NCBI GenBank assembly: GCA_002189035.1
Contig: CM007989.1
Coordinates: 5,208,001-5,272,000, forward strand
Direction: 5' to 3'
Origin: Utricularia gibba
Lineage: Eukaryota; Plantae; Magnoliophyta
Length of the DNA: 64,000 bases
The notes under the pieces were generated by a model. That model worked only from the letters and a program-made list of their open reading frames with translations, ran no database searches and was not told where the DNA came from. Positions 1 to 12,100 of the stretch are shown here, one piece after another (position 1 is the stretch's first letter; each line of letters opens with the position of its first letter). The translations under genes and the position numbers were made by a program.

Positions 1-324
1 TCTCTTAAGATGTAAGAATAATCATATGAACTGATTGAGCCTTTCCTTGACCAGCCGCCATGCAATGAACAGCTTTTATCATACTTATATCTCATTTGAT
101 ACCAAAACATGGGTGTGTGTCTTTTTGATTTATCAAACTTATCATTGCATTTAACCACTAAAACTCAATGACCTACTCAAACACTTTGAGTGTCATGACC
201 ATGTGCCAAGGACTTACTGTTATAGGAATTCATCAATGATATAAATTTGATCACAATTCAAAGTAAATATCAAAAGATAAGATTTTCCAATGAGTTGATT
301 GTCTCTTGAACACATACACCAAAA
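1..324 (-). mobile_element. Angela-like copia LTR fragment, internally deleted, including the LTR 5' terminus
   Basis: Reverse complement of the LTR at 57183-58616; ends in the degenerate terminus gaacacatacaccaaaa (cf. TGTTGGTATACGTGTTC at 30763). Confidence 0.85.
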
Positions 325-329
325 ATTGT

Positions 330-520
330 GTCTTCTGTTAAGTACTATCTTCTCCCATCAAGTGATCATGTAATCCGCAAACGCAACAATAGCAAGCTTG
401 AGCTTCTTGGCATCAGAATTGTTGTGGTATTCAAAGACATGCTCCATATTTGAAATAGGCAATTGGATCATTCTTCTCTTTAATGTTGTCAAATTCCATG
501 TAGTCATGTGTGTGCCATTC
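330..520 (-). pseudogene. gag: CRM-type gypsy gag fragment
   Basis: Minus-strand translation KNDPIAYF...EHVFEYHNNSDAKKLKLAIVAFADY, the same gag region as at 29267. Confidence 0.65.
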
Positions 521-1552
521 TACAAGAGTATTCTAGTTTTGAGATTTCTTCATGCTGTTGTAACAATATGCATCTCATTCTGCTACAAGACATCGTTGTA
601 GTGTTTAGCCCTTTGTTTGTGCATGTGTAAACTATGCTCTAATCACGTGCTTTCGTCACATCTCCACCACTCTGATTTTAAAATCCGTTTGAGGGCGTGC
701 AACCAACAAGGGCCGCTCCTTCAAGTTGCTATAGGACACATCCAAGCCGTACGATTTCCGAAACTGTTGTGTTCAATGCCACGGTGGCTACCAACCCATG
801 TTCCGTGCTTTGATAAATGCTGGCCATGGATGCACATTGTGATCATCCAGAGGTCGCATTCACTGAGCTAGTCATGAGCCTAGTTTACTCTGATGTCTTT
901 GTTTGCAATTGTATGGCACTCAGTTATCCACAAAATGCTAGAAAACTCTCTTTATGACATGCACAAACACACAAGGAAGTGACTAGCATCAATGATATCA
1001 ACAACTTGTTCATAAACACCAATTTCGGGGCCCTCCGTGGGGATGTGCTTGGCCTGATGCATCCAACGAGCCATACTAAACGACACATCCTCTTTAGTTC
1101 GATAAAACCTCAACGTGCATCACCAGGCTGCCAATTGGATGGTGGCTCAAGGTGCATTCCCTAAAAATATCCATGCTCATTCGAGAACGATGGTGCCATG
1201 AAAACTCGCTCGACGCCAACTACATGTTCGAAGCTCTAACAAATGTCATCAACGAGTCTCATAGCGTATCTGGTTGATTGGTTGCGAATGACCATGCCGT
1301 CGTCTCCAGAATTTCAGGCCTAGAATACTGATGTCTTTCAGCTAACAATGGAGTTTCCATATCCTTCTTCATCCTACTCACGGAATCAGCAACAAGGGTA
1401 GCCCTTGCGAAGGAAATGGAGTTTCCATTTTGATGGAAGGGGCACCTTCACGGCACCATGTTTGATTCTTTACCCTAAAGATGTCCCTCAGCTTGAGAGA
1501 TTCTATATACATCATGCACTTCGCAACGGAAGGATTGTGCCTCGTTGGATTC
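520..1552 (+). pseudogene. Unknown P/Q coding repeat: last codons of P (TAG 534-536), then unit Q with an internal deletion near 1165
   Basis: Nucleotide match to 19922-20395, 27966-28267 and 32266-34200 (reverse); frame ISETVVFNATVATNP starts at 754. Confidence 0.75.
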
Positions 1553-1554
1553 AG

Positions 1555-1950
1555 AAGAGGGGAGTAATGAAACTCATTTTAACAACGCTAGTTAGAAGTA
1601 GATCAAAGATCAGGGGGAAAAGAAGAGTTTGAATGGACCTAGACTTTTGGAGATAAGCATGCAAGCCCTAGGAATCCCACACCCATCTCAATTAGGTATA
1701 ATCGAGGACACAACTTTGTCACTTTTCTTTACAGTATTTTATCGCAACTGTGCCTGAGTCCAAGTTAAACCCAAATCTATCAACATGACACTGATTGCAT
1801 GCATTGACTTTTACATAGCAAGCACCTGCTCTTCGTGTTTGACCCTAATCACTATACTCATAATTATATTATGCTTGCATGTGCATTAGGTTATAAATTT
1901 ATTTAATAGGAGAAATTTTCATTTTAACGATGTACAATATTTTTCATTTA
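1555..1950 (+). mobile_element. Athila-like LTR, 3' portion (third LTR family)
   Basis: Reverse complement of 28268-28925; terminal region resembles the Athila LTR end at 14410. Confidence 0.6.
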
Positions 1951-1953
1951 TAA

Positions 1954-2503
1954 AGTTACTACCAATTTCATTCTAGTATGAATGAGTTTCTCCTTGGCTG
2001 CCATAAAGAGGAAGTAGCTAGATCATATCCATGCTCATTTCATTACGATGGAAGAATAACAACTTGATCGAGACCATGTGGATGTTCCAAGCTTCAAAGA
2101 ACTCTATCAAAGACCCCACTTAGTGTATGGCACTGGTTGCTTTAGTCTATTCGTTCAACAATCAGTCTCTATTTGATGGGCAGTGAAGAGACCGTGCCCC
2201 GTAATCCACTAGCTCGAATTTCAAATACTAATGCTTTCTGAGTTGCAATGTAGCTACTATGCGCATATTCATCCTACTTACGGCATCAGCAACAAGGGTT
2301 GACCGGAGAAAGGGATGGTGGATGTAAAAGAGATGCTCGTTTCTGTGGAAAAGTCGCCTCCGCTGCACCATGTTGGATGGTTTCTCCTAAGGTGTATGTA
2401 TTGAGGTTTGGGATATCCCGTATGCACTGTGCACTTCAAAACACAAGGATTGTGCCTTCAAGGCTTCAAGGCTGAGAAATCCGCGGGTAGCACCAGGTTG
2501 TGT
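1954..2503 (+). pseudogene. Unknown P/Q repeat: C-terminal part of unit P
   Basis: Matches 5390-5843 and 33670-34200 (reverse); YPCSF..DG and YGISNKG motifs. Confidence 0.75.
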
Positions 2504-2544
2504 GTTATGGTGTGAAGTCTCTAGTATCATAGTTAGGCATAATG

Positions 2545-3830
2545 CATGCCTACTGATCATAGTCACGTATGAAATCAATAAAGATGAGGTCCACATTAGT
2601 ATGGAGGTTGTTTTTACCAACCAATGGAAATGAAGCAGGTGCTATCTAAAGGAAGGGCCACATGGCAACCTCCAGATAGAGGGGAAGCTGACTCATGGTG
2701 TCTATTAGGCTCAGGTGGATGGAGTCATTTTGAAAGAAAGCTGGAGAATCATAGTTGAAGAGGAAGGAAGGTAGAGAATACAACTAGTGAAATGAGGGGA
2801 AAGTTCTTGATTTTAGTTGTAGAATGAGATTACTTCTATAGGGAATACGGTAGGTAGGATGAGTGCTACTGCTTTTTGGAAGCATGTTTTGATGCTTCTG
2901 TAGAACATATGTGATTGATTGCCTATGTGTTATTATATGTCGTTTTGGAATGGTCTTGATAGTCGTTTGATGGGACTTGGCAATCATGCCTCATGCCTCT
3001 TGGGCCCTGTGCAATGGTCTTGATAGTGTGGTATCAGAGCAAAGGTTTAAAGGGTCCCTTGGTTGATCACCTATAAGAAGTGTAGAGGAATTGGAGTACG
3101 GTTTTATGTGTGCTAATTATTGTAGGGTGTCATTCACATATGTGTGATCATAGGTTTGCAAGATGGTTAGGGGAAAGTCAATAAGTACTGAGATGTCTGA
3201 GGAACCAAGTCAAGAGTCTCGCGAACCAGACACAGTGCCAAGGGCATCGGTAGGGGCTGGAGGTGAAGAAACTATGCGACAGCTTGTTCAAAATTTGTCT
3301 GCAGCCATGACAAGCCTCACTAATGTGTGTGTGCTAATGTGATGAGGAATAATGTGGGAAATTCAGGTAAAGAAGTTGCAAGTGAAGGGGTGACTTGCAA
3401 AAATGTAAAGGAAGCAAAGGATTACCATGAGTCACTCAACAAGGTGGGCGTGCGAACCTTCAAGTCCGGAACACTTGAGGAGGCAGAAGCTTGGATTCTG
3501 GGGTTGGAAGAGAAGTTAGAGTTTATAAAGCACCTGAGGAGATGAAAAAGATAATGGCTGTACATTGGCTAGACGGGAATGCTGCAGCAGGGTGGAGTTT
3601 GGCAGACTTCGTCAAGATACCACTTGGACCGAATTCATGACTGTGTTTTATGAAAACTTCTTTCCAGATGCGCTGAGACATGTCAAAAGAATGGAGTTTG
3701 ACAGACTTCATCTAGGGTCTATGATTGTGATTGAGTACTTGAGTAAATTCCATCACAACAGACGGCATGCACCCAACCTGTTGGCTGAAGAAAAGGAGAA
3801 AACACACAAGCACATTGAATGGTGATGCAA
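2545..3830 (+). mobile_element. gag: Tekay/Del gypsy: LTR 3' part, PBS and degenerate gag
   Basis: LTR part matches the solo LTR at 52389-53796 (reverse); TGGTATCAGAGC at 3029-3040; gag from ATG 3163 with TTWTEFMTVFYENFFP, homologous to 56933-57180. Confidence 0.8.
3029..3040 (+). other. Primer binding site (tRNA-iMet)
   Basis: TGGTATCAGAGC directly after the LTR end. Confidence 0.9.
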
Positions 3831-4345
3831 TAGCCAACGTTGTAGTGTTTAGCTCTTCGTTTGTGCATGCCAAAACTGTCTAACAGACAGTGTGCCACGA
3901 AAACTAGCTCGACGTCAACTACATGTTCGAAGGTCTAGCAAATGCCATCAGAGAGTCTCATGGCGTATCCCGCACCACTTGCTTCCGTCCTTAGGCTCCA
4001 CCGTCAGTGTCTGGTTGATTGGCTGCGGATGACCATGCCGTCGTCTCCAGAATACCGATGCCCTTTGCCTAACAACGGAGTTTCCATTTCCTTCTTCGTC
4101 CTACTAACGGAATCAGCAACAAGGGTAGCCCCTACGAAGGCAATGGAGTTTCCGTTTCGATGGAAGGGTCACCTTCGCGGCACCATGTTTGATTCTTTAC
4201 CCTGAAGATGTCCCTCAGCTTGGGAGATTCTATATACATCGTGCACTTCTCAACGGAAGGATTGTGCCTCGTGGGATTCATGGCTGACGAATATTCAGGT
4301 TGCATCACCTTGAGTTTGGCATGGCTTCTTTCCAGAGGGTTCTAG
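3830..4345 (+). pseudogene. Unknown P/Q repeat: unit Q (short N-terminal piece, deletion, then C-terminal part ending at TAG 4343-4345)
   Basis: RPTNGISNKGSP...VSMEGSP...IVHFSTEGLCLVGF, paralogous to the P block at ~5700-5843 and 33613-33915. Confidence 0.75.
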
Positions 4346-4373
4346 TTTCGAGACTTGTTATTCTGTTGCGTCG

Positions 4374-5843
4374 ATGCGCATCCAAGGATGTCCCCTATTG
4401 CATCACTTGAAAGCGATCAAATGAAAGTCCGTAAATGGAAATGCATGCGCAGCGATTGCTGCTTTAAGGACTTTGTTTGTGCAACTGTAACCTCTCTTCT
4501 CGTTGTGCACTTTTGCTCAAGTTTCGAACACCCTCATCACCCAATCCAGGTCAGGGCTTCCTAGGATCGCCAACCACTACACGAAGTTGGTATAGCACCA
4601 TCGAAGCGGCGGAATTTCCGAAAGTCTTTTGTGCAATGCGGCCGTGGCCACAAACCCATCTTCCCGACCGCGTTACTTGCTGGCTATGCAAGCAGATAGC
4701 GGTCATCCACAAGTCACGGTTACCCCGCTAGACGCGAATCTGGATAACTCTCATGCCTTGTTGCGCCAATCGTATGGCACTAGGTTATCGTGTAAGTGGT
4801 AGAGAACTTGGTTTGTGCGATTCAACAAACCCAGCGGAGGCACGTGTTATGCTGAGAAGGTACTTTCTGGCCCTTGGAATGTGCATACGTTGTTCACAGA
4901 CCCTAAATCTCAGGGCTCTCCAAGGTGGCCTACTTGGCCCGATCAGCATTGCACGTTCCAAAACTAACGAAGCTTCTTCTATAGTTCGAGGACCTCTGAC
5001 GCCGCATTACGAGGCAGACAGTAGGATAGAAGCTCGGTGTGTGTTAGCTGAAGCCTACACATCGCTCCATCCAAGAAATCCAAATGACTCTTCAACGAGT
5101 CACGGCTGTATTCAAGGAACTTCCAAATGGCTACCGTGTGGACGAATGTCGAGCACGCTGTACTCCTAAACCGATTATCACCCCATGAATCTTGGTGCCA
5201 GCTTGATCAAGTTCATTATTCAATATACTAGCTTCATGGGTGTTGCCTTTGCATATATGATGGTCTCAGACATCGAAGTCGAATCCTCCTTTACGCCTGT
5301 CGGACACTCTACTCAAGCGCTCTGGTTCGTCTGTCACGTCGTTGTGCTTTATCTACATCTTCGCATTAGTCGATTCTGCTCCTGACACGTAGTTACTAGC
5401 AATTTTATTCTAGTATGAATGAGTTTCTCCAGGGCTGCCATGAAGAGGAAGTGGCAGGGTCGTATCCATGCTCATTTTGATTACGATGGAAGAAAGAAAA
5501 CTCGATCGAGACCATGTGAATGTTCCAAGCTCCGACGAACTCTATCCACGACCCTACTTAGTGTATGGCACCGGTTGCTTCAGTCTATTCGTTACACAAT
5601 CAGTCTGTATTTGATGGGCAGTGAAGAGACCATGCCCCGTAATCCACTAGCTCGAATTTCGAACACCAATGCTTTCCGAGTCGCAATGTAGCAACCATAT
5701 GCTTATTCCTCCTACTTACGGCATCAGCAACAAGGGTAGGCCTGAGAAAGGGATGGTGGATGTGAAGGAGATACTCGTTTCAGTGGAAAAGTCGCCTCCA
5801 CTGCCACATGTTGGATGGTTTCTCTTAATGTGTATGTATCTCA
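4374..5843 (+). pseudogene. Unknown P/Q repeat: unit P, most complete copy (ATG 4374, frameshifted, 3' truncated)
   Basis: ORFs 4753-5169 and 5185-5385 are in one frame separated by a single stop; blocks YTSLH, HPMNLGAS..FII, VSDIEVES and YPCSF are conserved with unit Q. Confidence 0.75.
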
Positions 5844-7013
5844 CATACAGTGGTAAACAAGTTCAGTAAATAAGGTAGTTAAGCAATATCAGGTTTCTAC
5901 GCTAAGGTAATAGGTACTGGTTTTGACTCAAACTAATACGACGACGCCTTAAGGGTTTACGAGTGGTGTTATGCTAAGCTTCTTAACTTAATTTATAATC
6001 TTCCTACACTTACAACTTCAAATAACCTAAGTCTACCCAGGTCATTCATAATATTTTTGGCTTAAGCTAGTCCCCAATATCATAACCAACATTCCACTTA
6101 GGTCTACCCACATACAAGACATATAGAACTAGGTATACCCGGTTCTACTTGTTCTACCCTAGACTAACACCAACTGATCCTGTCTTGGTTTGTTGGTCTA
6201 CCTCTAAACCAAGCATCTAAGTTGTGAAACTACTTGCTCCCCTCCTTAGATCTACTCATGGTTTGTTAGGAACAAGAGTTAAGGAAGACAACTAAATTTC
6301 ATCATCAATATAAGCACATACCACCCACTTCTCCTTAAGGCATCCCTAAGACTTTAACCACTCATGCTTTGGAAATAAAACACGATTTCATTCATATAAG
6401 TTGGCCAAAATGGCAGAAACATTGTAAACAAGTAAAATGCAGAAAGTCGAAATGTTCAGAAAACTAGAGAGTAAATAAAGAGTGCTCTTCCGCCCGTTAG
6501 CTACTGTTCACAGCCCAGAACAGTGGCGCTGGACTGGGCTTTGGTGCTATTCTTCGTGATGAAGGCCTCCCTTCCCCCTTCTGGTTGGTGTTTTTCCCGT
6601 TGGGGAAGAAGACCGCCTTGCGTCCCCCCTCTATTCTCTGTGTTCTCCCTCTATTCTCTTTTTCGAAAATAAATTTCCCCTTTTCTTCAATCCATTGCAC
6701 TGTTGCTGTCCGCTAGTACTGTTCCCGACCGCTAGCACTGTTCCCAGCCTGAATTTGCAATCTGTGGTAGCGGACGAACAATGCTCTTTGTCCTTCTCCG
6801 GATTTTGCGCCCTTTTTTGCTTGTTTTACACGTTTTCAAGTCTGATTTTCGCCTTATCTCCGTAGTTTACTGACAGGAAACAAAACAGATAAGCAAGTTC
6901 TCGACTATTCCTAGCATAGACTAACAGACACATACCCGAACATCATCCTAAGTAAAAATAAAACTAAGAAATAAAAATAAAATAAAACTACGCAAAATAA
7001 GTTCAACAGCAGG

Positions 7014-8760
7014 TTATTTGCTCAGGGAGGAGTCTTTCACTCCCTTTTTAAATTCTTGCACTTCACGAATTAAATCAGACATTTTCTCATTCAATTCTTT
7101 GATCATTTCCGGGCAGCAGCATTCTGTGCTGTTGTGCTTGGAGGTTGCAAGAGCAAGGGCATTTGTGTTGCCTTCTTCAGGGATAGGCTGTCCGCAAAGA
7201 CCTGCCAAAGATCTAAAAACAAACCCACTTCCTTGGGCTTTAATTAGTCCTGCCACTTTCAAGAAATATGCATCTAAAGGCACTGTCTTAGACTCAACAG
7301 TAAAATATTCCAATTCAAACAGTTTCTCTGGGCATAAAGTATGAGCAATATGCGTAATAATGTTTCCAAAACTCAAATGTTGAATTTTTGTACGCCTATA
7401 GTCTCTAATCATTTGCTCAGCAATCATGGCACCTAAGTTCAGGGATCGTTTGTTCATGATACACCACATAACAAATAATTCACACTTATAAAGGGAATTA
7501 AATCCTACTGTTCGTCCAAAGAGGGTGGTGATAACAAGGATATGAACATAACGCATAACTGGATCAACAAACAAATCTGCCTTAAACTATATAGCATGCT
7601 GGTCGGTCAGAATCGCATAGATTTCCTCAGCATCAAATTCATCGGGATAATCAAAAAGGGATGCAGCAAACTCATGAGAATCCACATCATTTTCTGAACA
7701 AAATCCTAGAGCTACGTTCCACTTAGCTAATGAAAAAGAAAATTGAATCCCCATTAACCTAAAAGAAATAGCAGCAGGGTGTTCAACATGTCTGAAAATT
7801 CAATTTCAGGAATTTCATACGCAAAAGTGGAAGCAAATTCATAAGAAAGTTCAATATATGCAGGGAATTTCATTTCAAATAATTTCATGAATGCTGTTCC
7901 TTCAAACAGGGAAGAAATTCTATCAGCAATTCCTAATTCTTCCAAAATATCATGATCAATATGACGACATGGTGTTACCTTTGCACCCTTGACCTCACCA
8001 TACCGTTCAGCTTGCATTTCTTCTGTGAAAGTTAGGTATTGGGTGTTCAACATGTCTACGTGATGCTTGAAGTATGGTATCCCCTTGCGCGTCATTTGCC
8101 TCTAAAATTTCTCCTTTTCATGCGCAAACTTCCCTGCTTTCAAATACAGAGGCACCAGTCTAGGTAAAAATTTATTTTTTTAACTTGCACCTTCATTTTC
8201 CTTTCCTGTTGTGCTTCTGAGTGGCTGCTCCTCTGCTTCCTCAATCTCCTCATTCTGATTTTCTTGATTTTTGCCCTCATTTCTATCCATTAGATTTTCT
8301 TCCTTGGCAGCTTGTTCTTCCTCTGGTCTATCCATTTCATCTCCTGATTTTTCAGTGTTTTTCTCTGGAGCAGGTGGTGCTGGTTCTTGGGCGTGACATC
8401 CTCTTCTTCAGGGCAGGTTCGTCCAGTGGTACTCTCTGCTTTTTCTTCCTGCCCTTCCCTTTCTTCTTCTTCGTCAAGACTTGTGGCTCTGTCGGCAGTT
8501 CCTCCACTGGTTTTTCTTTTGTAGCTCTTCTACATGTCTCTCAATCTTTGTTGGAGGCTGACATTGTCCATGTTGGTGTTGTCAGATGGTTCTCCCATCT
8601 CAGTGGCCTGAAGGATCACGTCCACTCCCTGGAAATTTTCTGCATCGGCAATAGTAGGCAAATTTCCTTCTTCGAGGGCTGGAGCAGCAGTGATTTCTGC
8701 TTCTGCGGTTCCATCACCTCTCCTTTGCGGTTTTTCTTCCACTTCTTGCTGCAGGCATGT
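7014..8760 (-). pseudogene. Athila env-like ORF (putative plant transposon protein type), broken
   Basis: ORFs 8530-8742, 7754-8095 (ELSYEFASTF) and 7014-7574 lie between integrase and the 3' LTR; homologous to 45106-45810. Confidence 0.75.
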
Positions 8761-9104
8761 TGTTTCTACCGCTGTAATTTTTCAGAAAAATTCACAAGAG
8801 AAACGGTTGAAGTGAGGAACAAATAAACTGCTCCTCCAATTCATTTCAAGCACCAGGGGTTTTCCTGTCATTTCCTTGGGTGCGACTTCCCACTTCTCTC
8901 AACGGTTGAATTTTTGCGTAACTCCTCATGCTCAATTACCCTTGAGTCAAGCATCCATCCTTACCCAACAGCACAAAACATGGAAAAAAAAATCCTAAAA
9001 GAAAACATTAAAACAGAAATACAATGCATAAATTAAAAGAGTTAACCATGGGTTGCCTCCCATAAGCGCCCTTGTTTAAAGTCTTGGACCCGACTTCTTG
9101 TGTG

Positions 9105-12100
9105 ACTACGTTTTTGGTGAATCCATCAGCTTGATCACCTCCAGATTTCCTGTGATCATGTTAGCATTTTCATAGAAAATTTTTAATCTATGGCCATTTA
9201 CCAAAAATCCCTTGTTTGAGTCTCCATCAAATATGTCTACAGCACCATTTGGAAAAATTTCCTTCACAATAAAAGGCCCTACCTATCTTGATTTCAGCTT
9301 CCCAGGATGCAATTTCAACTTGGATTGAAATAATAAGACTTTCTGGCCAATCTCAAAATTTCTCCTGGAAATGTGCGCGTCATGATATCTCTTAGTCCGA
9401 GCCTTGAATAGTTTTGAGCTCTCGTACGCATCATTTCTCAACTCTTCCAGTTCCGAAAGCTGGAGTTTCCTGTGGCTTGCACTAAGGTCTCTATCCAAAT
9501 TTAACTTCTTCACAGCCCACTAGGCCTTGTGCTGAAGAGCTGCTGGTAATCTACAAGGCTTCCCATAGACCAACCGAAATGGAGAGGTTCCAATGGAAGT
9601 CTTGTATGCTGTCCATATAGTCCAAAGTGCATCTTTCAACCTCATGCTCCAATCCTTTCTGTTTGGGTTCACAACTTTCTCCATAATTTGTTTGATTTCT
9701 CTGTTGGAGACTTCAGTTTGTCCATTGGTTTGTGGATGATATGCTGTAGAAGGCTTGTACCAAACATTAAAGTGCTTCAAAACACTCCTTAAGGGCTGAT
9801 TATAAAAATGTGTTCCCCTATCACTGATCAGCGCCTTAGGAGTCCCATATCTCGTAAAGATGTTGTTGCGCAAGAAATTAATCACAGTTTTTGCATCATC
9901 AGTCCTCGTAGGGATTGCCTCAATCCATTTGGACACATAATCAACAGCAACCAAAATATAATTGTAACCTGCTGAAGTAGGAAATGGTCCAACAAAATCT
10001 ATACCCCATACATCAAATAATTCATATACCAGGATTCCTTGCTGGGGCATTTCGTTTCGGTTTGATAAATTTCCTACCCTTTGGCATGGTTCACAACCTT
10101 TGCAATGGGCATAGCAATCTCTGAAAATATGTGGCCAATAAAATCCGCAATCTAGAATTTTTCTTGTTGTTCTATTTGGTCCATGATGTCCACCAAAAGG
10201 TCCTGCATGACAAGAATCAATTATTTTTGAAATTTCATTTTCATGAACACACCTTCGCATGAAACCATCATTGCATCTCTTCCATAAATATGGGTCATCC
10301 CATCCCATATGTAGCATTTGGCATCACTCTTAAGCTTGTTCCTTGCATGATAGTCCATTCCAGGTGGCATCACCCCTGTGGAAACAAAGTTTGCAAGATC
10401 AGCAAACCACGGTTCACGTATACTAGTCTGAACTAAGAATAGCTGCTCATCCGGGAACGTTTCAGTTATGATTCCATCTCCTTCACTTCCTTCAATCCTG
10501 CTGAGATGATCAGCCACAAGGTTCTCCCTTCCAGGCCTGTCCTTTATCTCAACATCAAACTCTTGAATAAGAAGGACCCATCTAATGAGTCTTGGTTTGG
10601 AGTCCTTCTTCTCCATTAAGTGCTTCACTGCCGAATGATCAGTGTACACCACCACCTTGCTACCTAAAAGATAAGAACGAAATTTTTCCAAAGCAAAAAT
10701 AACAGCAAGAAATTCCCTTTCAGTGATGGTATAATTTTTCTGGGACTTATACAAAGTTTTCGAAGCATAAGAGATAACATGGTGGTTTACTTCGATTTTC
10801 TTTTCTAATACAGCACCCACGGCATGATTACTTGCATCACACATGATCTCAAAATCATATTTCCAATCAGGTGGTTGCATAACAGGTGCAGTAGTAACAG
10901 CCTTTTTTAAAAAAATAAAAGCTTGCTTACATGAATCATCAAAATCAAAGGCAATATCATTATGCAACAACCTACTAAGAGGCAAGGCAATTTTCGAAAA
11001 ATTCTTAATAAACCTCCTATAAAAACCAACATGTCCTAAAAATGATCTAATAACTTTCACATCAATAGGATAAGGAAGTTCAGACATATTTTCAATTTTT
11101 GCCTTATCTACCTCAATGCCTTTTTTAGAAATTACATGGCCTAAAACAATTCCATGATCCACCATAAAATGACATTTTTCAGAATTTAAAACCAAATTCT
11201 TTTCCACACATTTCTTTAAAACTTGATCTAAATGCTCTAAGCATGACTCAAAATTCTCTCCATATACAGTAAAATCATCCATAAATATTTCAATAAAATC
11301 ATCACCAAAATTAGATAAAATACTAGTCATACACCTCTGAAATGTAGCTAGGGCATTAAATAATCCGAAGGGCATCCTCCTATACGCATAAGTTCCACAT
11401 GGGCATGTGAAGGTTGTCTTATCTTGGTCCTATCCTAAAATAGGAACCTGATTATATCCAGAATATCCATCCAAAAAACAATAAAATGATTTTCCAGCCA
11501 ATTTTTCCAACATTTGATCAATAAAAGGCAAAGGATAATGGTTTTTCTTTGTCACTTTATTTAATTTTCGATAATCAATGCAAACGCGCCATCCATTTTG
11601 CACCCTTTGTGGAACAAGCTCGCTTTTCTCATTCTCCACCACAGTCATCCCTGTTTTCTTTGGCACCACGTGAATGGGACTCACCCATTCACTATCTGTG
11701 ATAGAGTAAATAATCTCTACATCATGGAGTTTAACAATTTCTTTTCTTACCACCTCCATCATGTTTGGGTTGAGGCGTCTTTGAGGTTGGCGAACTGGTT
11801 TTGCACCATCCTCCAGAAAAATTCTGTGCATGCATATGTATGGGCAGATCCCCTCAATGGCATCAAGCGTCCAACCTATTGGCTTCTTATTTCTGTTCAG
11901 ACCTCGAGCAGTTGTGACTCTTGGTCTGAGCTTAGACCAGTGGAGATGATAACCGGGTTCCTAAACTCTGCGTCAAGAAAAACGTATTTCAAATGATTAG
12001 GCAATGGTTTTAATTCAGCTAACCTCTCTTCCTGAGTCTTGGCTTGCACCACATTTAATTGCTCGAATTTTGCAAATAAAGATTCTTCATGAGCCTCTTT

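Noticed and set aside
770-795. CVQCHGG, a CxxCH heme-binding-like motif
   Set aside because: It lies in a stop-ridden frame and is not conserved in the paralog (VQCGRG).
4585-4640. Ribosome-inactivating protein reading of P/Q: an SEAARF-like motif (IEAAEF, SQAGRF, IQAVRF) about 100 codons from an LYLQGF-like strand
   Set aside because: In that frame P-vs-Q differences pile up at second codon positions; the frame shifted by one gives the synonymous pattern. Under my gene model the two motifs also fall in different ORFs. A profile search against RIP families would settle it.
8221-8826. Long hydrophobic ORFs 8221-8826 (+) and 44545-45192 (-)
   Set aside because: Antisense shadows of the purine-rich, low-complexity N-termini of the env-like ORFs.
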